Assembly (NCBI GenBank): GCA_038087875.1
Contig: JAXLNO010000650.1
Location: 1-64,000, forward strand
Reading direction: 5' to 3'
DNA: 64,000 nt
Source of the DNA: Malacoraja senta
Lineage: Eukaryota
The notes under the pieces are model-generated. The model was not told where the DNA came from and did not search any database. It saw nothing but the letters and a program-made list of their open reading frames with translations. Below are positions 27,621 to 41,160 of this stretch, piece after piece. The position numbers were made by a program, and so were the translations under genes. Positions within the stretch are counted from its first letter, which is position 1. The number at the start of each line of letters is the position of its first letter.

Positions 27621-28985
27621 ATTCCTTTTTCTCCAGAGATGCTGCCTGACTTGCTGAGTTTCTCCAGCACTTTGTGTCTATTTTCTCACTGCCTACCCTA
27701 TCTATGCATCTCATAAATGTTGTACACTTCTATCAGGTCTCCTCACAATCTCTCCCTGTAGCTAATACCCCCTAATGCAGGCAGGGGACACCATCTCCTC
27801 ATTACTCCTGCTACCACTTACTTTAAATTCATGCTCCCCAGTTATCTGCTAGGGAAAATAGCTCCGTCGTATTTACTATATCAAGGCCCAAACATTAAGT
27901 CTAACCTCCACCCTCTATATTCCAAAGCCTGAAGAAGGGTCCCGACCAGAAACATCATCCATTTCCCTCAGCAGATGCTGCCTGACCTGGTAAGTTCCTC
28001 CAGCACTTTGCATTTGCTCCAGGTTCCAGCATCTGCATTCTCTTGTATCTCCAACCACACTATCTATTCACACGGCTATAAATTTAAGTTCTTGTAACTC
28101 TCCTTTGCATCCTCTCCTGTGCAATCATATTTTTCTTGCAAAGAGGTGACCAGACCGCATGCAGTATACTGGCGCAACATTGATTTATCAAACATTAAAT
28201 CACGCAGAATGATAAATAGGAGGAACCTACTGACCACAATACTCTAAATGTAGTCTCACCAACGCCTTATATAACGGCAACTTATATGACCTCCCTACTT
28301 CTATTCTCAGTTGGTTGGTTGATTGGCCATTGTAGACTGCCACGAGTCTGTGGATGAATAGTAGAATCTAGGAGGGTGGGGGTTGTATATGGGAATATGG
28401 GGCCGATAGAATTAAATTTCCATGGGATTGGTGTAACTGATTGTTTGATGGTTGGTGTGTGATGCATGGCTAGTCTTCCAAAGAAGTATTCCCAGGTGAG
28501 GGTATGGTTTAAGGTATGGTTCTCAAGCAGCTCAAAAATGTTGATTGGATGGAGGCTGATCACTCAAACCAAAAAAGCCAGGCAATATCTCCAAAATCAT
28601 TGGTCTGGGGATCTTATTCATCCACACCATTGCAACCAGTCCGCCAAGCATCTCATGAAGATTCAACCACAGTGCCAGAGTGTGATACTCTTGACATGCT
28701 TGTCAGAGAAGGATCTACTGACATCCGATACAACTGTCCTCTTTTAAATCTCTTTTCTACCTGTCAATTTAGCACCATTTCTAATTTGTCTAATGACAGT
28801 CTCTTTAATATTCTGCTGGACCAACAAGTCTGAAGAAGGATTCTGACCCAAAATGTCAACTATCCACATCACCAGAGATGCTGCCTGACTTACTGAGATA
28901 CTCCAGCACTATGTATCCCCACGATCAAAGGCCTTACCTGATTCGAGATTCACCTCTACCCCATTGCGGGCATTGGACTTTGTCT

Positions 28986-29712
28986 ACATTTGGATAGCAG
29001 TAACAGGATCATGCCGAACATTTGGATAGCAGTAACAGGATCGGTCCGAGTCAGCATGGATTTACGAAGGGGAAATCATGCTTGACTAATCTTCTGGAAT
29101 TTTTTGAAGATGTAACTAGGAAAATGGAGAAGGGAGAGCCAGTGGATGTAGTGTACCTGGACTTTCAGAAAGCATTTGATAAGGTCCCACATAGGAGATT
29201 AGTGGGCAAAATTAGGGCACATGGTATTGGGGGTAGAGTGCTGACATGGATAGAGAAGTGGTTGGCAGACAGGAAACAAAGAGTAGGGATTAACGGGTAC
29301 CTTTCAGAATGGCAGGCAGTGACTAGTGGGGTACCGCAAGGCTCGGTGCTGGGACTGCAGCTATTTACAATATACATCAATGATTTGGATCAAGGGATTC
29401 AAAGTAACATGAGCAAATTTGCAGATGACACAAAGCTGGGTGGCAGTGTGAACTGTGAGGAGGATGCTATGAAAATGCAGAGTGACTTGGACAGGTTGGG
29501 GGAGTGGGCAGATGCATGGCAGATGAAGTTTAATGCGGATAAATGTGAGATTATCCACTTTGGTAGCAAAATCAGGAAGGCAGATTACTATCTAAATGGC
29601 GTCAAGATGGGAAAAGGGGAAGTACAACGGGATCTGGGGGTCCTTGTACATCAGTCTATGAAAGTAAGCATGCAGGTACAGCAGGCAGTGAAGAAAGCGA
29701 ATGGCATGTTGG
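28986..29712 (+). mobile_element. CR1 LINE RT fragment (open frame)
   Basis: SQHGFTKGKSCLTNLLEFF, YLDFQKAFDKVPH, GVPQGSVLG, KFADDTKLGG. Confidence 0.9.
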
Positions 29713-30487
29713 AAACATAGAAAATAGGTGCAGGAGTAGGCCATTCGGCCCTTCGAGCCCAATATGATCATGGCTGATCATCCAACTCAGTATCCTGTAC
29801 CTGCCTTCTCTCCATACCCCCTGATCCCTTTAGCCACAAGGGCCACATCTAACTCCCTCTTAAATGAACTGGCCTCAACTACCTTCTGTGGCAGAGAATT
29901 CCACAGATTCACCACTCTGTGTGAAAAATGTTTTTCCCATCTCAGTCCTAAAAGATTTCCCCCTTATTCTTAAACTGTGACCCCTTGTTCTGGACTTCCC
30001 CAACATCGGGAACAATCTTCCTGCATCTAGCCTGTCCAACCCCTTAAGAATTTTGTAAGTTTCTATAAGATCCCCCCTCAATCTTCTAAATTCTAGCGAG
30101 TACAAGCCAAGCCTATCCAGTCTTTCTTCATATGAAAGTCCTGACATCCCAGGAATCAGTCTGGTGAACCTTCTCTGTACTCCCTCTGTCGCAAGAATGT
30201 CTTTCCTCAGATTTGGAGACCAAAACTGTACGCAATACTCCAGGTGTGGTCTCACCAAGACCCTGTACAACTGCAGTAGAACCTCCCTGCTCCTATACTC
30301 AAATTCCTTTGCTATGAATGCTAACATACCATTCGCTTTCTTCACTGCCTGTTGCACCTGCATGCCTACTTTCAATGACTGGTGTACCATGACACCCAGG
30401 TCTCTTTGCATATCCTCTTTTCCTAATCGGCCACCATTCAGATAATAGTCTACTTTCCTGTTTTTGCCACCAAAGTGGATAACCTCA
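29713..30487 (-). mobile_element. CR1 LINE 3' fragment with tail
   Basis: [37 protein letters not shown]-type tail. Confidence 0.9.
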
Positions 30488-31081
30488 TGTGGCCTGCTCT
30501 CTGCTTGAAATGCTATGAAATTGAATTTGGTGGCCTGCACTCTGCTTGAAATGAAATTTCAAGGAATAGCCATGACTGAGCTGCCAGCCCACCAGCCCTG
30601 AGTGACTGAGCTGCCTGCCCACCAGGCCTGAGTGACTGAGCTGCCAGCCCACCAGGCCTGAGTGACTGAGCTGCCAGCCTACCAGGCCTGAGTGACTGAG
30701 CTGCCAGCCCACCAGGCCTGAGTGACTGAGCTGCCAGCCCACCAGGCCTGAGTGACTGAGCTGCCAGCCCACCAGGCCTGAGTGACTGAGCTGCCAGCCC
30801 ACCAGGCCTGAGTGACTGAGCTACCAGGCCTGAGTGACTGAGCTGATAGCCCACCAGGCCTGAGTGACTGAGCTGCCAGCCCAAGAATCCATTTGGCCTA
30901 CAATGTCCATACTAGCCCTCTGGAAACCAGTCCCTTCGGCCCACAACACCCATACTAGCGGTCCAGAATGCCCGCCCCCCACCGGCCACCAATATTGGAA
31001 TTGGTGGAGAGGTGGAATATTGCATTGGGGGACTGGCCCTCTCGTGTGAACATGGGACCCAACGGGTCCCACTGAGTCTAG
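30488..31081 (+). mobile_element. Helitron-like 3' part
   Basis: Ends with hairpin GGGACCC-AAC-GGGTCCC followed 7 nt later by CTAG|T. Confidence 0.75.
30573..30882. repeat. 30-bp minisatellite, about 10 copies
   Basis: Unit TGAGTGACTGAGCTGCCAGCCCACCAGGCC, near-identical, no spacers. Confidence 0.95.
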
Positions 31082-33627
31082 TATTAAATATAAATCAACT
31101 TGGTTAGAGGGAGTGTGGGTCTGGATTCACCCAGTTAATAACTCAGCCATGGACGGCTACAGTTCCCACATTTCAGAGAAAAATGCCAATTTTTGACCCA
31201 CAGTGTCATGGACCCCAAGATGGAAATGGTCACAAAAGGCTATCTCACCCTCCACTTTCCCACATACCTACCGTGTCCTTTCATGTAGTAAGATCAAGAA
31301 ATAATATTTACAGAAGATAAAGTCAGCCTTTCTTTCAATCAAACCATTTTATCTGAAAGAAAAACAGACATGCTGGTTTAAACCGATGATAGACACAGAA
31401 AGCTGGAGCAATTCAGCGGGCCAGGCAGCATCGCTGGCTGACAAAATGTCACCCAATCCTTCTCTCCAGAGATGCTGCCTGTCCCGTTGAGGTACTCCAG
31501 CTTTTCATGTTTTCTCATGATGTCCCACAAACAAGAACCAATCCCTACCTCTCCCTCCATCCCACCTATAGCAATGACACGCAATATTTTCCCTGCCTCA
31601 CTGCACCAGTTCATAAGCAGCTCAAGGAGCAGAATTAGACCATTCGATCCATCTTGTACTCCGCCATTCAATCATGGCTGATCTATCTTTCCCTCTCAAC
31701 CCAATTCTCCTCCCTTCTCCCCATAACCCCCAACACATGCACTAATCTATTTTCTAAACATTCATCCTTTTATTCTGAGGCTATGGCCTCATCTCTTTTC
31801 TAAACATACATCCTTTTATTGTGAGGCTATGGCCTCTGGTCCTAGACTCTATCACTAGTGGAAACATCCTCTCCACATTCCCTCTATCCAGGCCTTTCAC
31901 TATTTGGTAAGCACGGACCATAGAGCTGCAGTTAAGCACTAGCGGTCACTGGTCATCCTACACATATTCCACTTTATCATTTTTATATGTCATTCTGCCC
32001 ACAGTGGGAGGATATGCAAGTGTTGGTGAAGCGAAGGGGGGGGGAGGAGGAAATGAAGGTCACTCTCATAATTCCTCTTTAGTCTGCAGACCTATATAAA
32101 CTGAAGCTGAAGTCAAGTTAGCATTGCAATTTATCTTGTCTTGTTATTTTGCTGAGCACTTTCAGCCTCATTGGAGCTCTCCATTAATGATCCTTGGCCC
32201 TTTGATTTGGTTTCACGGCAGTAACTGGAGTTTTATACCAGGGAGATCAGGGGGGATGAGCAGTTTACGATGTCAATGTCAAAACCAGAAATGCGGATCG
32301 CTCCTCGTTTTTCACACAGTGAACAATCTGTAGCTCCAATTGACCAGTGGAACTTTAAACACCTCATTGAGCTGTGCAATATATTTGTCTTCTGGTTATT
32401 GACTTGTCAGACTTGGTGTGATTCACACAAGGGAATGCAATAAAGCTGACATATTTCTATAAAAACCCTGGATATACAAGCTCATGAAGCTCAACGGCCC
32501 AATTTGTGCTTGTAGCTCATTCTTGGTCACTCTGTACAAAATCTCTGACCTTGGAGATTCAACTGGCTTGTTACCTGCAAACCCAGTGGATCTTTGTTTC
32601 TTGGCTAAATGGAGGATCAAGTAATCATGTTCATAAGTTATAGGAGCAGAATTAGTCAATTCGGCCCATCAAGTCTACTCCGCCATTCAATCATGGCTGA
32701 TCTATCTTTTCCTCACAAACCCACTTAGTTTAGAGATACTCTCCTGCCTTCTCCCCATAACCCCTGGCACCCATACTAATCAAGAAACTGTCGATCTCAG
32801 CCTTAAAAATATCCAGTGACGGCCTCCACAGCCATCTGGGGCAATGAATTCCACTAATGCACAGTCTTTTGCCCATAATAGGACATTGAGAACCAGAGAA
32901 CATAGGTCTAAGGTGGGGGGGAGGGGAGGGGAGGGGGGGGGGGGGGGGAAGGGGAAAGGTTTAATAGGAACCTGAGGGGTAACATTTTTTTTTTACACAA
33001 GCGGTGGTGGGTATATGGAACGAGCTGCCAGAGGAGGTAGTTGAGGCAAGTGCTATTGCAACATTTAAGACATATAAGAAACATTTAGACATGTACATGG
33101 ATAGGACTGGTAGAGAGGGATATGAGTGAAACGCAGGCAGGGAAGAATAGTGTAGATGGGGAATGTTGGGCGACATGGGCAATTAGGGCCAAAAGGCACA
33201 TTTCCACAACCCTGTTTGTTCGGACGCCCCTGTTTTAAGTGGAAACTATCCTTCTGACGTCTCTTTAAGATTTGTCAGTCTCCGAGTGACAAACAAAGAA
33301 TGGTTATTCCAGGATGTTGCCAGGATTGGGGGGCTGAGCTATAGGGAGAGGTTGGGCAGGCTGGGATGTTATTCCTAGGCGCACAGGAGGTTGAGGGGTG
33401 AGGTGTAAATAAATGTGCATAAGATTATGAGGGGAATAGATAGGGTAAATGCACAATCTTATACCCAGAGTAGGGGAATCAATAAGTAAAGGTCAGTTTA
33501 AGTTGAGAGAGGAAAGTTTTAATAAGAATCTGATGGGCAGCTTTTTCACACAGAGGATGGCGAGTACATGGAACGAGCTTCCAGATGAGGCAGTTGAGGG
33601 AGGTGTTATAACAACATTTAAAATACA

Positions 33628-34957
33628 CTAGACTAAGTGGGGTTGGGTCCCTGTCACACGGGAGGCCTGGTCCCCCAACGCAACCCGTTCTCCAAAACAA
33701 TATTCCACCACTCACGCCTATCCCGCTCCCATCAAATCCACCCCTCTCTGTCCCCCTCTACTCCTCTCTATCCCACCTTGCCCATCACCCCAGACCCCTT
33801 CGACCCTCGTCGCTACCCACCTGCACTCCACCACCCCTCTACCCCACTCCCTCGCTCTTTCCTCCCCTCTCCCTCCCCCCCCCCTCTCTCCGTCTTCTCA
33901 CCCCCACCCCCCCTCTGTGCTGTGGGCCGGGCTGCGGCACTCCCTCTCTCAATGTAACGGTGCGGTATGTTAGAGCCGTTCCCGATGTCCGCGCCCACGG
34001 GCAGGAGCCGCTGGAGTGCTGCCCGTCCTGGGACCCTCGTCAGCGGGTAGACAGCGGGGCTCGGCACTTCCCCCCCCCACCATCTCCCTCTACCACCCCA
34101 TCTCCCTCCTCCCCATTTCCCTCATCCTCCTCCCCTCACTCCCATTCCCTGCCCCAGCACCTACCCAGGTCATAGAGCAGTGCCAGGGCCTGGTTCTCGT
34201 ACTTTGCCCGGCCCTGGCTGTAGGCAGTCGAAGCAATCGCGGACCTGGGCCTCGATGGAGCCGGGCTCGCTGTGCAGGGGGCGGGGTGAAGGTGGCGGGC
34301 GGCCGAACCAGAGCTGCCCGCAGAGTAGGAAGCGGAGGCTGTGCTGCACGATGGCAGCGGCCGGGAGGCGCTGGTACACCATGACCCAGGCCCCGGGCTT
34401 GGGCACGACTCCAACCCTCAGCTCGGCCGCCACCTGGGCTCCAGTCCATGTCCCGACTTCATCTCCGGGCTCGTCCTTGGTTCCAGCCCAGGCCCAGTCC
34501 TCGGGCTCGTCCTTGGCTTCAGTCTGGGCCCAGTCCCCGGGCTTGGCCCGCGGCATCACCCTCCCCACCAGGTACTGCGCGGCCGCAGCTCCTCGGGCGG
34601 CGCCGCCATTCCTTCACCATGGCGACCTCCAGCCGATTGACAGCGGACGTGGCCCACCAGTGCAGCAATGGTGCCAGGAAGGGGCATCGCCATCCCTGCG
34701 ACGGCCCTTCCCGACTGTCAGGAGAGGAGACCAATCTGCGTGGCGGCGACTGACAGCAATCTGCGCATGCTCGTTTTTTAACGATTTTTAAACCTTAATA
34801 ACTTTTACAATATACCATCGATCGGAACGAATCTTGTTGTACTCGCAGCACAGGCGAACGATGAGTAGCGCTATCGTGTACCATTTTTGCACAAATAGAA
34901 AAACCACACAAACCGGAGGAGCACAAGATCAGAGTTTTAGTTATGTATAGATATAGA
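33628..34957 (-). mobile_element. Non-autonomous Helitron inserted in a CR1 3' fragment
   Basis: Minus strand reads A|TC...CTAG|T with no TSD; removal restores the CR1 sequence AAATACA|TTTGGACAGGTAC; 3' end resembles the CTAG end at 31081. Confidence 0.85.
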
Positions 34958-36991
34958 TTTGGACAGGTACATGGATAGGATAGCTTTAGAGGGATGTGGG
35001 CAAAAAGCAGCCAGGTGGGACTGCTGTAGATGGGGCATCTTGTGAACTGTAACCACAATTCAGTATGTTTTAAGGTAGTAATGGGAAATTATAAGATTGA
35101 ACCTAAGAGTCCAGGTCTTAAATTGGGAGCAGGTCTGGCTCCCATAGTATAGGATAGGAACTGGAGAAAGTACAGTAGATAGACACAAAATGGTGGACTA
35201 ACTCAGCGGGCCAGGAAGCATCTCTGGAGAAAAGGAATAAGTGACGTTTTAGGATGAAACCCTTTTTCAGACTGAATACGGGTTTTGACCTGAAACGCCG
35301 CCTATTCCTTTATTCCAGAAATGCTGCCTGACCCACTGAGTTACTCCAGGATTTTGTGTCCATCTTTTGTGTAAACCAGCATTTGCAGTTCCTAGATTGG
35401 GAGCAGGTGCTAGAGTGAAAAACAACATCAGATAAGTGGGAGGTATTTGAAAGGGTAAAACTTAGGGCCGTTTTAAGGTTTCAGAATCATCCAAAAATTT
35501 GAGACGTAGAATAAAATTTGCTCTCACAGAATTTATGTGGAAAAATAGTAAATAGATAAACAGAAGATTTATTAATTTCCCTAATGGGTCCCTTGATGCA
35601 AGCACAGACAATGCAGCATTGTGTAATGAAAATCACGATATGGGACATTCTCTAGGAAGACAACCTAGAATATGTGGGTGACCTGTGATAAGAGCTCGGA
35701 GTCTGTATGTCCCTGCGATGAGCAAGAAGCAAAGAGTGCAAGATTGGGAAGATTGGCAAAGGGACGAGGCTTTGGTCAGGATAAAGCATACGTCAAATAA
35801 AGGAAATTGTTATCAAGTGAGTGCTTTGAGGTTCATAAAGAAAACAGGTGAGATCTTAAGAAATCACATAGTAAGCAAAAAAGGGAATCTGAAATGTTCC
35901 AGCGTAACAAAACTAAAGAGAACTCAAACATTTTAGATGTATATGAGAGGTAAGAGGAAAAATAAACTAAGTACTGGAGGGAATGGACAGGCATCATTTC
36001 AGAACAGGACCTTTTCTTCAGTCTAAAGTCCTGATCTGAATGTTGGCTGTTCATTCTCTCCACAGATACTGCCTGATCCACTGGTTTTTGATCAAGATTC
36101 TGGCATTTGCAGTTTCTTGTGTTTCCTTTGAGAGTATCGGATAGCTTGAGAATAAGACTCCTCAGGGACTTTAAAAAAGTTGTTGTGTGGAGCCATGTAT
36201 GATGTCCTAATTGAATACTGCATCAATATTCATCAAGGAGAAGGATGCGGAGGATAGAAAGTTAGCAGAAATGGACGCTGATACTCACAAATATAAATGC
36301 ATCAGCAAAGGGAAGTGTTAAATATGGTATATCAATGTAAATTAAAACGGACAAATACCTGGATCCTGGAGAAATTTATCCCAGTGTTTTAGGAAATAAA
36401 GAGATGGGTGGGGCTCTGATGGAGATTTCTGCATAATCTTTAGCCACAGTAGTGTAGTTAATGTTAACCCTCACCCATAATCAAGAAGGGCTGCAGGGAA
36501 GATGGGATTACCTTATGTGTAGGAAGGAACTGCAGATACTGGTTTAAACCAAAGATAGACACAAAATGCTGGAGTAACTCAGTGGGTCAGGCAGGTTTTC
36601 TGGAGAAAGGAAATAGGTAACATTTTGGGTTGGAACCTTTCTTTAGATCAGACTCGAAATATCACATATTCCTTTCCTCCAGAGATACTACAGCATTTTC
36701 TGTTCAAGAAGGAACTGCAGATGCTGGAAAATCGAAGGTAGACAAATGTCTACCTACAGCATTTCTGTTTACCAGTGGAGAAGATGATAGTCCACATTCT
36801 GATTCTGTTGGTTAATTCAGGACTTTTGCGTTTGACTTTGGTGGAAATGGTTCAATTTAGAAGTGCCCAAGCCAGTTTCTCAGTTTTAAACTATCAGCAT
36901 TTATCAGGAAGAATTTCCTGTATATATATATATATATATATGCATTTGCCAGTCCTAGGAGTCTCTTTACATTCATTGAGCATCACTGCCT

Positions 36992-37315
36992 GTGGCACAG
37001 TGTTAGAGTCACTGTCTCATAATACTAGAGACGTGGGTTCAATCCTGACCTCGAGTGTCGTCTGTGTGGAGTTTGCACGTTCTCCCTGTGACCGCGTGGG
37101 GCTTCCTCCGGGGAGTGTCTCCCCCACATCGCAAAGGTGTGCGGTTTGGTGAATTGGCCTCTGTAAATTGACCTGTGTATGTGAGTGGCAGAATCTAAGG
37201 AGAATTGATGACAATATGGAGAGGATAAAGTTGGATTAGATTAGTATAAATGGGTGGTTGATGGTCAGACTGAGTGGGCTAAAGGGCCAGTTTCCTTACC
37301 ATCACACTCCATGCT
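36992..37315 (+). mobile_element. V-SINE, older variant
   Basis: B box GGTTCAATCC and central V-domain. Confidence 0.75.
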
Positions 37316-37780
37316 CTATCCTTGAATAGTTGTCAGGTAGTTTATTGATTTAAATTTTCAGCAAATCACTAAATGCATATGCAAGAGTCCAAATATCACA
37401 TTTCTGTTTTTAAACAGATACGCTTGCTATCAATATAAAATTAATGATCAGAAAAATATCCTAAGCGCAAAACAATGATCAAAGCCGCTACTACATTATA
37501 AGAGCGATATAATGGGATAACATTATCCATTAATCGCCAAATGGGATAACATAAGACTAGTGTTAACGGCTGAACGATAAGTTCCACCAACACTTTGTGT
37601 TCAACTCAAGATTTCAACATCTGCAGTTTCTCATGTCTCCAGGTTCTTTGATGCAATTACTGAATGGGATGAATGGCCTCCTCTGTCATAAGCATCCACA
37701 TGTAATTCAAGGTCATTGTTTTCTCAGCCAGTCGTAGGGCAGAAGCATGGATATCTCGGGTAATAAATATCTTATCTATA

Positions 37781-38068
37781 GGGCAACACAGTGGCGCAGC
37801 TGTAGAGTTGCTGCCTTACTGCATCAGTGACTCGGGTTCGATCCTGACTACAGGTGCTGTCTGTACGGAGTTTTACGTTCTCTCTGTGACCGCGTGGGTT
37901 TTCTCCGGGTGCTCCTGTTTCCTCCCAAACTCCAAAGATGTATAGGTTTGTAGGTTAATTGGCTTCAGTAAATTGTAAATTATCTCTAGTGTGCGGGGAT
38001 CGCTGGTCGGCGTGGACTCCGTGGGCTGAAGGATCTATTTCTGCGCTGTATCTCTAAACTAAACTAAA
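37781..38068 (+). mobile_element. V-SINE (HE1-like)
   Basis: Same family. Confidence 0.85.
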
Positions 38069-40025
38069 ATAAAGATAAATTTATTTAGTGAAACATGGAT
38101 CTTTGACATTTTCTGCTCCAATATGGGATGGATGCCCAGCTGCTGAGCATTATCAAAGATGAGATCAATAGATGTATACACCCTCAGAAGAGTTGAGGAT
38201 CAGGCAGGGATAGGAGGGATATGGATCACGTGCAGTCAGATGAGATTCGTTTATCTTGGCATCATGTTCAGCATGGACATTGTGGTTTGAAGGGCCGGTT
38301 CCTGTGCTGTACTGTTTTATGTTCTGTTCCGTGCAGTTTCTTGTGTCTCCATACTAATGCAGCTAGGTTGTTCTTTCAAATGCAATGTAAACTATGACTC
38401 TGGCTGTGCTTTCATTGATGTAAAAACCCAATGGTGTTAAGTTGGGAGCATTTTACCTGAAACTCAAGTATTATTGATCCATTGGGTGGCTGGGATGCGC
38501 TGCCAGGGTTGGTGTGGAGGTGGATACAATAGTGGCGTTTAAGAGGCTTTTAGACAGGCACGAAATAAACAAAATGCTGGAATAATGCAGCAGATCAGGC
38601 AACATCTGTGGGAAATGGCAATAGGTGACATTTCGGGTTGAGATCCTTCTACAGTCTGAAGAAGGGTCTCGACCCAAAACATCACCTCTTCCTTTTCTCC
38701 AGAGATGCTGCCTGACCCGCTGATTTACTCCAGCATTTTGTGTCCATCTTCGGTGTAAACCAGCATCTGCAGTTCTTTCCTACACTTTTGGACAGGCAGG
38801 AAACTGAATGATATGGGTTATGTGCAGGTAGAGGAGAATAGTCTAGCTTGGCATCATGTTCTGCTCATACATTGTGGGCTGAAGCACCTGATCCTGTACT
38901 GTTCCCAGTTTAATATGAAAGGGACACAAACATCAGCCATGATCTCATTCAATGGCGATTGTGCCTGGGGAATGTATATGGCCTACTCTTACTCCTCACG
39001 TTTAATTGATCATTCTGTATCACTGTCATAAAGATTCTCCTGTAGCAGGCACCACTGCAGGGAAATCCATTATTGTATATTAATTATACTCACAAAACAG
39101 GAAATTGATTCTTGGAATTTTAAAATCACAATAAATCAGGTTCAGTGTGCCAGTACTGTATTTGTGCTTCAAATTGATGTTTTCCGAAACAAATAAATGT
39201 TCCTTGAACGTCTGCAACATATTAAAATCATTCTCAAATCTGCGTATGTCATTTTGATGAAAATAAGCGTAATCACTGTTGAATTTCAATGCGTGAGAGC
39301 ACTCGAAATTCGATGAAAGATATATTACTGAGGCCCCGCCTCCAAACCGCACCTTCCCATCCAACCCTCAAAATAAAGAAATCAGCATTATTTTACCTCC
39401 ACTTTTAAGTACTGACGTCGCTGGCTGCACTGTTCCTGACAGCTCTGTACTGTTCTCGCTTTGGCCAGGGGTCGGGCAAAAATAACACCCAGCTCATCCC
39501 TCCAAATGAAACAAAAACCTGCTGCACGTTTACAGAACATTAGGGTTATTTCTGGAAACTCCCATTAATTCTGTTGCAAAACGGAAGCTTTATAAAAAAA
39601 ATCAAATAAATTCTGCCATATGACAACAATCTCCACCCCAGCCAGCTTACCCGCACATCACAATACAAAATTGCTTTCAACGTCCTCTAACCCAGCACCT
39701 GTGATGTGGATCACGCCGCTGCTCTCCCCAATACAATAATTCCAGATCTTTAGAACACACACTTCACCCCCCCCCCCCCCCCCCGGCTCATCTGAACACA
39801 CAATCTCTTACAACAGATCACGAAGGTCTGCCCCAGTAATTGTCGAGAGTGACATTAGCTCATGCAAAGCGCTGACATTATCTCATGCAGAACTCACGCC
39901 TGTGATGAAAATGTCAACGCGACCCCACCTCCCTGCACACAGGTGGAGATTCCCCGCAGGAGACTCTCTCCCTCGCCCTCCTTGCAATGCTCCCAGCCTC
40001 TCCTCCGGTATCCCCACACACTTAC

Positions 40026-40110
40026 CCGCCGCTCCACAATCCGCACACGTCTGGTTGCACGGAATTGCCTGGAGGTCTTGCAAAACCCTTCTGTTCCTCT
40101 CGACCGCCAT
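40026..40110 (-). CDS. ADAP1: First coding exon of ArfGAP with dual PH domains (ADAP1-like, centaurin-alpha)
   Basis: MAVERNRRVLQDLQAIPCNQTCADCGAA carries the first CxxC of the ArfGAP zinc finger (N..CADCG). Start context AGCATGG; 85-nt exon ends at phase-1 donor G|GTAAG. ADAP1 is preferred over ADAP2 because COX19 is the neighbour (recalled vertebrate synteny). Confidence 0.85.
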
Positions 40111-40854
40111 GCTACCAAAATAGCTGGAAAGGGACCCGGTCTTCTGTCTCTCGCTGTCAAGATAAGGCGAGCTCTGGTTTCCCTATTTTTAAGTGAAATT
40201 CACAATCAGGAATTTTACAAAACAAAACAAAAAACCTACCCCGCCTAAGATTGCATCATCTGCCACTTCTCTGTTTATTCTTTGCACAGATAGATGAAAG
40301 GGCAGGATGGTGAGGGGACTGCTGCCGCACTGCAAACTTGCTCTCTCCTTCTAAATTGCAACTTGTTCCGCATTCCTGCGCCGGTGAGGAAAGTAGGCGT
40401 AACCTTCCCTCGCCAGAGATACACCCACAAGCGCTCCAACCCGCCCTCTGGTGGTATCTCCACCCGCAACCCCAATTATTAGCTTGAGATGAAGTCACTT
40501 TCTACAATCCTTTGTGTGCTCCCAATCCTGCATTCGATTTCTTACTCCCAACTCCAAGCCTCTTGGTTGGGAGTATTTAGCTTGGGCAGTGGTATGAAAG
40601 CAGACCTCAACTAGGCACTACACGAGAGTCACCACGTTTCTGGCGCTGACAAAGTTACGATAGATTAATTGAACAGTTTTATCTTCTACTTGCAGTGGCG
40701 AACCAGGCCTGCCGTCGCATGTGTGAGCAGGCGCCCCCCCCACTGGGTCTCCCCTTCGATCTTGGCGGCTCCTCTGCCTGGTCCCCTTCGTTCTTGGTGG
40801 ACCCCACTAGGTACCTCTTGGCGGCACGGGTGCATCTATGCTCTCGTTCTCGAT

Positions 40855-41160
40855 GGAGATTTCTCTCATTTCAAGTAACCCCTGCATTCCCACCCTAGCG
40901 TCCTACTAGTTCCACTGTTCGCATCTCTGTATCCCTTTGTTATCACCTCTTCCCTAGCCAACAATGGGCTATAATGGGCTCCACACTTCCTTAGCCAATT
41001 GTTGCTGGCCCTGATTTATTCAAGTCGTTTCCTACCTCCAGTTCCCCTCCCCTGTTTACTTTCATTCTGAAGAAAGGTTCCAGCCCAAAATGTCACCTGT
41101 TCCTTTTCTCCAGAGATGCTGCCTGACCTGTTGAGTTACTCCAGAACTTTGTGTCTACCC
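40855..41160 (+). mobile_element. Penelope-like element 3' fragment
   Basis: DFSHFK-stop, same UTR as 10705-11110, then CTGAAGA...AAATGTC core. Confidence 0.65.

Noticed and set aside
30573..30882. CRISPR-like array or repetitive protein ORFs
   Set aside because: Identical head-to-tail units with no spacers, eukaryotic context; it is a minisatellite inside a Helitron and the ORFs are artefacts.
32914..32955. G-run as a functional G-quadruplex (also C-run 39767-39784)
   Set aside because: Homopolymer expansion, the first within a CR1 remnant; no evidence of function and prone to sequencing error.
34180..34791. 203-aa plus-strand ORF as a gene
   Set aside because: Stop-poor GC-rich sequence inside a Helitron with no recognisable domain.
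39883..40025. Continuation of the 75-aa ArfGAP ORF
   Set aside because: Homology ends at the GTAAG donor; the rest is intron.
1..40025. ADAP1 exon 2 (expected DPxWAS...GVFIC..CSGIHR)
   Set aside because: Not found by eye or in the ORF track; probably outside the window. TBLASTN would settle it.
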